From assembly GCA_020891255.1 (NCBI GenBank), contig BQFW01000008.1:1984001-2048000 (forward strand): a stretch of DNA of 64,000 nt. Reading direction: 5' to 3'. The position numbers and the translations under genes were made by a program. The notes under the pieces are model-generated. The model saw only the letters and a list, made by a program, of their open reading frames with translations. It was not told the DNA's origin and did no database searches. The stretch comes from Entomortierella parvispora E1425 (Eukaryota > Fungi > Mortierellomycota). This document shows positions 37,019 to 49,121 of the stretch, one piece after another; position 1 is the first letter of the stretch; each line of letters starts with the position of its first letter.

Positions 37019-38278
37019 ATGTCTCATGCGAAGTACGACCACCATACTAAATGGCAATGGATAACACTTGTCCTTGTCTTCATACTTTTTGTGTCCGGGA
37101 CTGGTGTGGTAGCAAAACCAGGTCAACCACATCTCCAAGGTAGCTGCTTGCGTGGCCGCCGGGTTACCGTTGCTTGCCGTCTGTTAGATATACCTCTGTA
37201 CTAACCGTGATTACTGCTCCCCTCTCGGCGATTGGAATCACCACATAGTTCGCCAACAACAGAACCCGAACGTTGGCGCCGCTACTCTCACAGTGGCACA
37301 ATCCTCACCCTCAAGCACCTCAAGTGCTCAGGCGACTTCTACATCTAGCTCTTCAACGTCTTTGGCACCGTCTCCATCGTCGTCACCGTCATTACCATCA
37401 TCATCCCCTCAAAAGCCAGGAAGTGGTAGCAACAGCACCGGTAGTGGAGGGGGGATTGTCATAGGCCCCAATGGACCAATTACGGCTCATGGAGGCGTAG
37501 TTGGGCCAAACTCTGTAATCGACCCTCGTCGTCCTGTTAGTAGACTGTCTATGATCCAACCCAAACAAAATGCTGCAAACCCACCGTTGTTTCCTGTTGG
37601 ATCAAACATTGTGTTCGAGTGGGCCTTTGATAATACCACGCTGATCTTCGTCCCCGCGAACCTGACAGTTGAAGTTAGCTTAACGTCAAACCCAAAGATG
37701 ATCTGGCCAGTTGCAAATGTCTCTGGAACTGCGACGTCTGTGGTCTGGAACACTGCCACGACCGTAAATCCTAGTCTTTTCATGGGATTCTACACCTTGT
37801 GAGTTGTCGGGCCATATCGACTCAAATGCAGTTAAGCCTATTTGCATCCCCGCACCTTTTCTGATTCAATTTTTTGGTTAGGAGTATTTATGACACCAAG
37901 CTTGGTAAACAAGGTGTCGCCACCAGTGGGCATTTGATGCCCTACTCGGATCTACAGTTTGGTCTCTATATCCCAGTAAGAGCTCGTTTGTGCAGTATGC
38001 AGGTTGAAAACATGTATGCGACTCTTCGGCTTTATTTTTAACCTTTTGGTTTATTACACAGGAGCCCTACATCCCCAGGACAGGAGGTGAGTACCACTGA
38101 ACGATACGCCGACCAGTTGAAGCTTTTTGATTTGCTTCCTTCTGACCTATCTATTCGCCTCAAATTTATTGTTTTAATAGCATTCTGTCAAACGTGCAGT
38201 GGAGCAACTGACACAGGGGCTACATATTGGATTTCCTTGGTCACGCTCGTTGCCATTACGGCAAGTTATGTTTTGTAG
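37019..38278 (+). CDS. Secreted Ser-rich protein with beta-rich domain and C-terminal hydrophobic tail (possible GPI anchor); 5 exons
   Basis: Signal-like WITLVLVFILFVSG, S/T-rich stalk, IDPRRPVSRLSMIQP…FEWAFD…VVWNT, spliced EPYIPRTG|AFCQTCSGA, tail YWISLVTLVAITASYVL. Confidence 0.7.
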
Positions 38279-38573
38279 CTACCATTCCCTCGTTAAGGGC
38301 CCCACAGCGTTGCTGTCGTAGTATTTTTCACAATACATTTACCTGTGTACCACGTCCTGCTGGAGATGATTGCAATTTCAATAATCAATGGCGGTACTTT
38401 TGCTGCTGGTATATTTTGATCCCGCACGTTTCACCTTTGCATTTCATTTCATGACCTGCTTCGTCCCTTCCAAGGGAACTTATAAAACCGCACATCATCG
38501 CCCACACATCCTTTTTTTTTCCGATTTCCATCTCCCGTTGCCCCTATTATCACTATTCATTTCATTTCTAACT

Positions 38574-39764
38574 ATGAACCAGCCCCTGCCCAATCTCACT
38601 TACAGTTCATTAACGGGAAAACTTACTGAGCAGAAAGGTGTCTATGCGGAAAATCTTGTTCGGGACATCACCACCACCTCTTCTCTCCCAAAATCGCCAT
38701 CCTCTTCTTCTTCTTCTTCTACAACAGCAACGACAGCATCGTTTTCTAACAGCCCCACCACCAAAAGTTTAAAACCGAAACCAACAAGAACCAGCATGCC
38801 GTCGGCAACGACCTCGAATGTGTTCCTGCCCAGCTCCAGCCCTTCTCTCCAACCCGACACGGGAGACACGGAATTGTTCGGGCGACCTGCTGTTGTGGGA
38901 GGCTACAACCTTACTGCTGGCATTCTCATCTACAGTGCATTCTTCCTCGCCTTCTTGACTGCAGTCTGTGCGGCCACTATACAAAGAGCGAAGTTCAGGC
39001 GCCAATATCGTAGGCAACTACAGTCTAGCTCTATGATTGAATCCGGTAAACGAGCTGCTCGTATCGACGACAAGGGAGACAGGATGAGCCCAGGTCAAGG
39101 AGGCAACAGTAAAGATCTTCCACCTGGTCGTCCGGGACCGGGTCCTGAAATGAGCAAGACTCCCGTGTCGAACCCAAGCCCACTCTCCAAGAAACGGTCT
39201 CTGAGCGAGCGGGCTCTTATTACGGACATGGGCCCAGCTGGAGGCATGGGCTACAAACAAAACGCCACTGTTCGGAGCAACGAGTCAACCAGGCCACTGC
39301 AGAATGAGCAAGTTGCCCGGTTTGGTGGTCAGCCATCCCGGAACAGAGACAGAGAGGCACGAGGCACCGTCGGCCATCGCCAGCTTATTGATCCCAGACT
39401 GGATTATTTGGAACTTGATATGGAAGATGCCCAGGACTCAGTCGATTACTCAAGTCCATCGCTTACTTTGACCTCATCCACTCAGCAAGATGCGTATTAT
39501 TCGGGTGGATTTGTGGATGCTATTCAGGATTACAAAGACTATCTGTCCCCCGCCATTAGTCAGGGATCTACAACAAGGTCTGGTGTTTCAAACAACTTGG
39601 CTCCAGGAATGGGTCAGTTGAACGCTTCCTCGGTGCAAGTCAGCAGTGATGAAAGGTCACTGCCAAAGGTAGAATATGAATCAGACACGGAGTATCCAAT
39701 CCCTATCCTACGATCCAAGAGTACACGCCTGCCTCAACAGATGCGTGGGGGCCCTTCCACTTGA
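38574..39764 (+). CDS. Hypothetical single-pass membrane protein, low complexity
   Basis: 396-aa ORF from ATG 38574. TM LTAGILIYSAFFLAFLTAVCAATI is followed by a basic stop-transfer segment QRAKFRRQYRR. Confidence 0.6.
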   Translation: MNQPLPNLTYSSLTGKLTEQKGVYAENLVRDITTTSSLPKSPSSSSSSSTTATTASFSNSPTTKSLKPKPTRTSMPSATTSNVFLPSSSPSLQPDTGDTELFGRPAVVGGYNLTAGILIYSAFFLAFLTAVCAATIQRAKFRRQYRRQLQSSSMIESGKRAARIDDKGDRMSPGQGGNSKDLPPGRPGPGPEMSKTPVSNPSPLSKKRSLSERALITDMGPAGGMGYKQNATVRSNESTRPLQNEQVARFGGQPSRNRDREARGTVGHRQLIDPRLDYLELDMEDAQDSVDYSSPSLTLTSSTQQDAYYSGGFVDAIQDYKDYLSPAISQGSTTRSGVSNNLAPGMGQLNASSVQVSSDERSLPKVEYESDTEYPIPILRSKSTRLPQQMRGGPST

Positions 39765-40327
39765 AACGATGTGTCAACCAGGGAGATATGAGTGTCGGTA
39801 GATTGCCTGAGGTCCATGTAAATAAAACTAAAGTATTGGAAGTTAGTCTGCCTAGGACATTTTTTTTTTCATTGTGCAGAAGCGCTGACCTGAGTAATCG
39901 GCTGCAAAGTGCCACCAAAATCGCGTGAGTCAACTGCATACAAAAGAGCAGTCACATACTGTGTCGCCCTGTCCTTATCAAAGTGGCATGTGCGGATTCG
40001 GGCACCGAGTGAGTCTGTCCGCGTTTGGCTCTGCTCGGGATGGACCAACCACAGGCGAGAGACAGGCAGGGCGGCCAGCACTGGGGTCTTGCTTCCATCC
40101 TTGTTTTCCTCTTCTCTACTTATCTTGTTCCCTCTTTGCCTTTCTTCTCTTCTCTTCACTCACTTCTTCAGAAGCAACACCCATCTCCCTACTTTTCCAC
40201 CAACTAATCATAGACGCAGCCCGCCTCGCGAGCCACACACTACCCTTCCCTTTTGTATATATTCTCGACCTTCTCATCCTCGCTGCAAACATAACAACTA
40301 ATACCAACATCGACACCAGTGCCCACA

Positions 40328-41677
40328 ATGCAGCAACACAACTACCCTTCATTTGCTCACCCTCAGACGCACACGCACGCTTCCGGGACGTTTTCATCAG
40401 GGAGAAAGCCAGCTTATACTCAGACCCAGAAATTCAAGAGTGCGTGCTCGTCATCTTGTCTTAGCAAGCCTAGCCTTGATCAATCAGAACAAAATCTAAT
40501 CGAACTCACCATTGCTTTCTGCAGATCACTTTCAGTCGGGAGCTGTTTCCCTTTCTCTCTCCTATGCAGTCATGCACCCACTCGACACACTGAAGACACG
40601 GATGCAGGTGCCTGGAGGCAGGGGGATAGCCTGGTCAGCCATCTTTACGCGTGAGACTGTTCGTCTTCTTGGCAAAGGATTTTTGGTTAGCTCTATCGGA
40701 GCTGGTCTTCAGGTATATAATGGCGGATTAAGACAGATCTAGCATGTCCTGTCTTCCTCTCAAAACGACTAACACGAACAAACTACTCTCTGCAATGATC
40801 ATAGGGCGGTGCACGGTTTTCCTTTTACGAACTTACCAAGTCATACTTGTTGCCACCAACATCACGATTTCAGACAGGACACACGCCCCCTCAACACCCC
40901 TGGTGGCTGCCAACTCTCTCACCGATTCCAGCAACCGCCATTTCAGCCATCATTGGAGACCTCGCTTCATCAGTCATCAAAGTACCAAGAGAGGTCGTAA
41001 CTTCCAGATTGCAGACAGGATATTACAACTCTGCAGCAGCATCCTCAATTAATGGAAACCAAGGTGTCAATGCAGGATACGTCTTTCGAGCTGTTTTGAG
41101 GGAGGAGGGTGTACGTGGTTTGTTCCGCGGATTCTGGAGTACGACAGCCCGCGATTGCCCCTTCATGGTGATCCTCTTTACGACATACGAGAACTTCAAA
41201 GCGTATCACACGCGGACACTGAGGACTCAAATCACATCCGATCCAAACTATATTGCCAGCTCACCTGTTGAAGTCAAGATCCCAGCCATGACTTCGACAT
41301 TGTTTGGAGGGATCTCTGGGTTCTTGGCGGGATACTTTACGACACCAATGGATGTTATTCGGACAAGAATCATGACATTTAAAAAGACGGCAGTGCTCCC
41401 CTCAAGCAGCCACTTGGCCGCTGTCCAAGATTTGTCCATGACTGGAATCAGCAGAGACATGTATCACCAAGCAATCTCAGAGGTCAAGGGAGGACGCGGC
41501 GTTGTCCGATCTGTACGCGTGGGTGCTAGCATGTACAAGACCTTTTTTGTAGGGGCCATTCCTAGGAGTTTGTGGTGGTTCTGTGTATGCTCTATCTTCT
41601 TTTCGACCTATGAAGTCATGAAGCAAAATCTCATGCCATTCGACTACGAGTCCAGAAACACTATTGAAACGGCGTGA
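40328..41677 (+). CDS. Mitochondrial carrier (SLC25), SAM-carrier Pet8/SLC25A26-like; 3 exons
   Basis: Three Px[DE]xx[KR] signatures: HPLDTLKTRMQ, VPREVVTSRLQ, TPMDVIRTRIM. ARDCPF matches the Pet8-type pattern. Confidence 0.85.
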
Positions 41678-42008
41678 AATATAAAATAAACGACAGTTGT
41701 CAACAGTGCACTTGATGTCCGTGTTAAGATCTAAAACAAAGGCGAGAGGGCATTGTGGCATACACCGTTTTCGACTTCTGTGTCTCGTGGCGCTGGCTTG
41801 GACAAGTGTTCGTTGGAAGTGGAAATGTCAACAAACTACAGTAAGAAAGCCCCCGTGTGATCTCGAAACAAAAAAAATGCGTTCACCAGGGTTGAGAAAT
41901 GGTTGAAGTCGTAGTCTGAGCAGATGGTTTATTAATGCTTTTGCCTGGGTATAAGAATGACAGATTCATGAAAAATACTATTGCGCATGATGTAACGCAA
42001 AATGGTAA

Positions 42009-44604
42009 TTAGATATGGCGGATTTCGGTTTTGTCTTTGCGGAATGAGTGGTCCGAGGAGGAGTCTGAGGACTGGGGCACGAGGACAGCGCCACCAATTT
42101 CAAGATCATCCACATGCTCACCGACACCACCTTCGTCATAACGAGTGACCTTTGAGTCTTTCCCCCAATGATCTGCGCGAATCAAGATAGAGTCGATGGC
42201 ATCCTTAACAGTGAGATGCACGAGGCCATCCTCTTTCAAAAATGGGCTCGAACCAGCTCCGTTTACGGAGAAGGCAGCAGATCCAATGTCTCCAGGGGCC
42301 GGCTTGGCGTTTGAGGACTTTGAGTAACCCTTGGCAATCGGATCTCCATTGATATCCTGTTCGTCGGTTTCCTCCTCGAGGACCTCGATCTTTTGCAGCG
42401 CAATAGGTCCCACAGGCCGAGTGATTCCAGACAGCTCCAAAATCCGGAGAACGTTTGCTTGAATACCAACGAAATGCAGCTCAAAGAAGGTTGAATCTGG
42501 GAAGTCCGCAACGCCAGCGTAATCCTTCAGGATCTCGCGCAAATCAAAGAGACCCTGAAGACCTGTCGTGTCAATGTTGTTGGCAGCAGAGAAATCCAGG
42601 ACTACGGCCCTCAACCGTGGAAGATCGTCATCCGTAATGTTAGAGTCGGAGCCATGGGCAATCTTGCGCAGATTGCGGATATGGACATCGAGATTATCCG
42701 ACCACAGCTTTTCGGACACGGCCTTGACTTTTCCACCGAATCGAGTGTACTTGTAGACTTCCTCAGTCACCCACGACTTGAAGGTCTCGGTGTTGGGGAA
42801 CGTTGTAGACTCCTCGATTCGGAAGACCAACACACCATGGGGAGCAGGCACAGTATCGAAGGTTGCGTCAACCGAGGTATCGACATAGACGTCGGGGCGA
42901 TCTTTGAGCTGACGAAGAACATGGAAGTTCGGACGTGCAACACGAAACAAAAGGACGAGCAATGAAAAGCCAACGGCTGCCGCAATACCAGCCTCTACTG
43001 AGACGAAGATCGTGACCCAGAGCGCAATCTGTGAAGAGAGGAAGTCCCAAAGGTTGACTTTAAAGAACTGATAGAACACTTGAGGGGGTGACACCAAGGT
43101 CGCAACCGCAACCATAATGACAGCAGAGAGAGCAGCATTAGGGATCCAAAAGAACCTATTTTTGGAGAGACAATGTTAGGTTACTGTTCAAAGACGCATT
43201 GTTGTGTAACATCACAGACCACAACGTGCGTATGGAAAGTAGGCCAATTCGCACCACAGAAGACGATTCCCCATGCGATGATGCACAATGCACACGCCAC
43301 CTCGCACAACCAGCAACAACAATGAACTTACAGAGGAGTCAGGAAAAAAATGGCCAACAGAACCAATGCACCTGTGACCAAACCAGCAATGGGAGTCTTG
43401 ACTCCACATTGAAATTTGACGGCTGAGCGGGAAAATGAACCAGTAACAGCGTAGGCGCCAAAAAACGACGCAGTAACATTGGCGAGACCAAGGGTCAGCA
43501 ATTCTTGGTTCGAATCGATCTGATATCTGTTCCTTCTCGCAAAAGCCTTTCCAATGGCAATGTGTTCCAAAATAGTCGCCAAAGTAATGGCCGCCAGCTT
43601 GGGAGCAATGTCAGATAGAATATCAGAGCTAACACTAGGCACGTTGGGAGAAGGCAGTCCCTTGGGCACAGTCTGGAGAATCGAAATCTTGGGGATGATG
43701 GCTCCAGTCTTGGGATTGTGAGGCGCATTCTTGTTGACAGCATAAGAGAGAGCTGTGGCCAGAACAGTGACAATAAAGAAACGCGAGATCTTGATCATTT
43801 GGATTGAAAAACGTCCTCGTCCCCATCGATCGACCGACAGTCCAACTGCGATCAAGATAAACATCGAAACCAATCCGAAAACGAGATCGAGCCACGATAA
43901 GGTCTTGATCGCCTTGAACATAGTAATAATAATGGTATAGACAGGTGCGCGGTTGTTGATGTTGGGCACGCCTATCCAATTGGGGATCTGCTGGATGATA
44001 ATAGTAACAGCAGCTCCAGTGGTGTACCCAACTAGAACCGTGGTTGGGAAGAAATCAAGAATGATGCCTAGCCTCAACACTCCCATGATCAGCGTCAGCA
44101 GTCCGACAACGAGGCAAGAGATCCCAGCCACCTCGGCAGGCGACAGCTTTCCGGTAAGCTGAGCCACAAGTTCGCCAGTAATCAGAGAGATGACAGCAGT
44201 TGGTCCAATCGTGAGATCTTTGGAGGTCCCCATAAAGCAGTAAAACAGAGCACCGATGTAGGCGGAGTAGAGACCATGCTGGACAGGAAGACCAGCAACC
44301 TTTGCGTACGACATGCCTTGGGGAACGACAATCAACCCCACAGTAACTCCGGCAATAATATCCTTCAAAGCCCAGCCACGGTTGTACTTTGGGAGCCTAG
44401 ATGTGTAACAGTCCAAGGGCGACACGGGTTAGCTGTCTTCAAAAGACTAGAGCAAGGAAATGAGACTCGGCAGGCGGGCGGTGGATTTTTTTACCATTTG
44501 ATGATAGGAAAACGCTCCTGGGTGTAGCGAGGTAAGTTCGAGGGGAAGGCTTTAAACCAACCAAGGAGGTTGCGACCAAAATCTTTCAGTTCTTGATCAG
44601 CCAT
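42009..44604 (-). CDS. SulP/SLC26 sulfate permease with STAS domain; 3 exons
   Basis: MADQELKDF…RFPIIKW|LPKYN, DIIAGVTVGLIVVPQGMSYA, NQELLTLGLANV, GSFSRSA, and STAS VVLDFSAANNIDTTG. Confidence 0.93.
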
Positions 44605-46259
44605 TATGGGGGGAGGTATGTGTGTGTGAGGGTGTTAATAGAGAGGATGCGTGGGAGTGGAGAAATATAAAGAGAGAGAATATGTGTATGACCAGAGCGA
44701 GGAACAGCGAATGGGAAAGGCAAGGATGAGCAGTGGGGAGAACAAAGAGTCTGAAGAAGAGGGGGATTTAGAATCGATGAGCGCCTTTTATACGAGAGGA
44801 GCGAGTAACGGGATGAGGAGTGCAGCAGAGGGGAGAAAAGAAGGGGGAAGATGGATGGTGAACACAACCACTAAAATGATGGGCAGAGAGTGTGAGCACA
44901 CGCTGGATCGGGCAAGAGATGTGCACCGGCACCTCTCGTTCCCCCTCATCTTTGGTCGACTCTCGCCCAAATCGCACCATTGCTCAGCCAAGTGGGCATT
45001 TGTTTGTCAGCCTGCGGACGCTCCATCTGTCTGGATCTGGACGCAAGATGGACTTGTTTACTAGCTTGTCCAGCTGTCTGGCCGCCTAAAATGTTCTTGT
45101 AAAGTCCATCCTCCACTGATAATCCCGGAAAAGTGAAACAGGAAACCGTTTGGTTTTGTTCACGGACTTCATCCTTCAGCTAGGTCACGCACATCCCTCT
45201 ACCATCTTATCCTCGGCATCTCTGAAATTACATCGCTCTCTCATTTGATCTCTATTCTATCATTCCAGGAGCGAGGTAAGCGGCCGTTATCCTTGTGGAG
45301 AGCTCGTTGCCCTTTATCGCTGTCTGTTTCGTCTCTCTGGCGTAGAGATACGTTGCCCCCTTTCTGCAGGTGTGTCTGCAAGAAGAAATTAACCTTGTGA
45401 CTGTGATCCATGGCGACATCCGGGCGAAGCATGCCGCAATTCGCTCGCTCGCGTCATGTTGCTTTGATTTGAGCTTGGATCTCTGTGTCCAACGTGCCTG
45501 GACCGTGCTTGGGAGAGAACATTGCTACTTCTTGATCTAGACCTGGATCCACGGCTAAAATAGTACATACTTCCATTGTCGCCATTGCTCATCACAAGGC
45601 AACATTGACGCGTGGTTTGACGACAGATGGGTCCTAGGTGCCACAGCTTAAACTTCTCCTCACAGCAGTTGCGTCAATATACAGTAGTCAAGCCCTAGAG
45701 CACCCGATTATTTATACATTCCATCCCAAACTATTGGCTATCTTTTGGGTAGGGCGGCACATCGAAGTCTCCGAGGAGCGTCTGCCATCAATTCTTTAAA
45801 AAGACAGTGTTCAAGTCAAGACTTCTGGGATGGAAGTAGCAAAAGTCTACATATCAAAGCCTTGAGTCAATGTCTCTTATCACGGGTCCACGCTTCTGCT
45901 AACCGTCAAGGAGTCAGCCATGGGGATTGGAATCAAAGTTGGCAAGCTTGCGATACAAGGAAAAGAAGACGGGGTGGAGGACACAAAGGTAGAGAAAGCA
46001 TGAAGAAAACGAGGGTCATAGAGTTGGGTCTTAGCGCTGACGGCGCTTTATAAATTGGCAGGAGAAGCAATTGTGGGGACCTGCAGTTACATGTGTCAGC
46101 AGAAGGAAATTCGCATCGAGTGGCTGTGCTTCAACGGTCGGAAGCAGGAACGAAACGGTTGGAACGGTGGCTTAGAAGTACAGGGCCAAGTAATAAATAA
46201 ATCAAGGAACGGTTGGCAGAGACCTCACTCCTTTGTCCCATTCATTCATCACATTCACC

Positions 46260-49069
46260 ATGACCTTCACGAACGAGGATACTCAGGCCATCAACGCCAT
46301 CCGCGTGCTCGCTGCCGACACTGTCTTTAAGAGCAACTCAGGTCATCCTGGTAATTAATGCAGATATATGTTGCGTTGACACACATTCAGGGCGTCCCAC
46401 GCGCTACTCCCCTTCTTTCGAAACCTGCAATCAGTGCTGACAAACTCGTGACTTAACTTGCTCTCGAACTTTCTCCTCCATGAAGGTGCACCCATGGGAT
46501 TGGCTGCTGTTGCCCACACCCTGTTCTCCCGCTACATGAACTTCAACCCCAAGAATCCTGCCTGGGTATGTGATATAGGTTGCGCGATGCTACATTCTGA
46601 TGGATCGTCCCAGAGGAATGTGCCAAGCTGTTAGGCGTGGCCTGGAGGTTTCTATTCTGACCTATTTGCGTGTTCCTGTTAATACACCCTTTTAGGCCAA
46701 CCGTGATCGTTTTGTTCTCTCCAATGGTCATGCGTGCGCTCTTCAGTACATCCTTCTCCACTTGATGGGATACCCCACCACCATGGATGACTTGAAGTCC
46801 TTCCGCCAATTGAACAGCAAGTAAGTCGTTTCTGCCCTTTGCGCATATCCATCTGAAAGGGGGGGGGGGGGCATTGCACAACAAAAAAAAATTAGACGAA
46901 AAGACTGGGGTGTGTGTCCAACAAGACGATCGGCTCTTCGATGCGTCACCAAGTTAATCCCAGCGAATCATATTCAGCAGTCCGCCGCACTACCCTCCCC
47001 AACCCCTGCAGAGCTCGTATCACATTCCAAACCCCGGTCACCAACACATGGATTTATCTCTGGCTGTTTCTCCACAACCTTTTTATCTTGAAGCTTGGGG
47101 TAACCAAAAAAAGCTCAGGGGAAGGTATCAGAAACTAACGCTTATCTCGCCCTTGCAGGACCCCCGGTCATCCTGAGTCCCACATGACTGCCGGCATTGA
47201 GGTTACAACTGTAAGTGCACTGAGGATATTCGAAGAACTGTGTCAAATCGGTGCAAACCCTTACTTTTATTAAAAAACCGTCTTGATGTAGGGTCCTCTT
47301 GGCCAAGGTTTCGCCAACGCTGTAGGTTTGGCTATTGGTGAGGCACATATGGGCGCCACTTTTAACAAGCCTGGCTTTGAGCTCTTTAACAACTATACCT
47401 TCATGATCACTGGAGATGGGTGCTTGCAGGAGGGTGTTGCCAGCGAGGCCGCCTCCCTTGCAGGGTAAGTTTAGTGTGCAACCTGAGTCTGTCAAGGTAA
47501 AGGCAATGGGACCAAACCATCTAATGCTCTTTTTACTCTAGTCACTTGCAGTTGGGCAAGCTCATTGCTCTCTACGATGACAACCATATCACAATCGACG
47601 GTGACACTGAGGTCTCGTTCACTGAGGATGTTGTCAAGCGTTTCGAGTCCTACGGATGGCATGTCTTGGTCGTCAAGGACGGTAACAACGATCTTGCTGG
47701 CATTGCTCAGGCTATTGAGGAGGCCAAGAAAGTCACAGATAAGCCCTCTTTGATCAAGATCTTCACCACCATTGGCTATGGCTCCTTGATGGCTGGCACC
47801 GAGAAGGTTCACGGCTCACCTTTGAAGGCCGACGATATTGCCCAGCTCAAGAAGAACACTGGTTTTAACCCCGAGGAATCGTTCGTCGTCCCTCAGTCAA
47901 CCTATGATCTCTATCACGCCAAGGCCGCTAAGGGAACTGCCCTTAACCAGGAGTGGGATGCCCTCTTGGAGAAGTACTCTGCCCAATACCCTGAGCTCGC
48001 CTCTGAGCTCAAGCGTCGTCTCAACAACGAGCTTCCTGAGGACTGGGCCAAGGCGCTTCCTCGCTTCACCCCTGCTGACAAGCCCACTGCTACCAGAAAG
48101 CTCTCCGAGTCGGTCTTGAACAAAGTCGCCGATCTTTTGCCCGAGTTGATGATTGGATCTGCCGATTTGACCGGCTCTAACCTGACTCGCTGGAAGACCG
48201 CCGTTGACTTCCAACCCGAGAGCTCCAAGATCGGTAACTATGCTGGTCGCTACTTGCGTTATGGTGTTCGTGAGCATGGTATGTCTGCCATCATGAACGG
48301 CTTGGATGCCTACGGTGGTATCATTCCCGCTGGAGCCACCTTCCTGAACTTCATCTCGTATGCCTCCGGTGCGGTCCGTCTCTCTGCTTTGTCTGGCCAC
48401 CGCGTCATTTACATCATGACCCACGATTCAATTGGTTTGGGTGAAGATGGCCCCACTCATCAACCTATTGAGACTATGGCCATGATCCGTGCTACTCCCA
48501 CTTTGGTTGATCTCCGCCCTGCTGACGGTAACGAGACCTCGGGTGCCTACTTATTCGCCATTGAGGCTAAGCACCGCCCTTCTGTTTTGGCCTTGACTCG
48601 TCAGGACTTGCCTCAACTGGAGGGTTCCTCGGTCGAGAAGACTTTGCACGGAGGATATGTTCTTCAAGAGTACGAGAATGCCGACGTGACCTTGATCGGT
48701 ACTGGATCTGAAGTCTCGCTCTGTGTGGATGCCGCCAAGCTGCTCAAGGACCAGCACAACATCACCGCCCGTATCGTCTCCATGCCCTCCACCACCCTCT
48801 TTGATGAGCAGTCGCACGAGTACCGCGCTACTGTCCTTAAGGATGGCATCCCCGCTGTCTCTGTCGAGGCCATGACGACCTTTGGTTGGGATCGTTACGC
48901 ACACGAGTCCATCGGTATCGATACCTTTGGAGCCTCAGGCCCTTACAAGGAGGTATACAAGCACTTCGGCCTTGTCCCAGATGTTGTTGCTGCCAAGGTT
49001 TTGAAGATTGTTGAGTTTTACAAGAACGAGGGCCATGTTCCTTCTCTCGTCCGCAAGTACTTCCACTAG
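46260..49069 (+). CDS. TKL1: Transketolase; 6 exons
   Basis: SNSGHP|[31 protein letters not shown]-binding GDGCLQEG…YDDN and [16 protein letters not shown]. Confidence 0.97.
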
Positions 49070-49121
49070 ATGATAGCATTTATCGTTGTAAATATAAAAT
49101 TATATAGTTCTGACTGACTAT

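Noticed and set aside
46567-46695. C/D snoRNA candidate in TKL1 intron 2 (two CTGA boxes; short complementarity to the U2 branch-pairing region)
   Set aside because: Box C is degenerate (GTGATAT), the stem is misplaced relative to the boxes, and an 11-bp match with wobbles is expected by chance.
46890-46990. Canonical TPP riboswitch in TKL1 intron 3
   Set aside because: Lacks UGAGA and ACCUGAU and the 5' strand of P5; kept only as a generic structured-intron lead.
40328-49069. SAM carrier, sulfate permease and transketolase as a sulfur-metabolism cluster
   Set aside because: No pathway enzymes link them; adjacency is explained by ordinary gene density.
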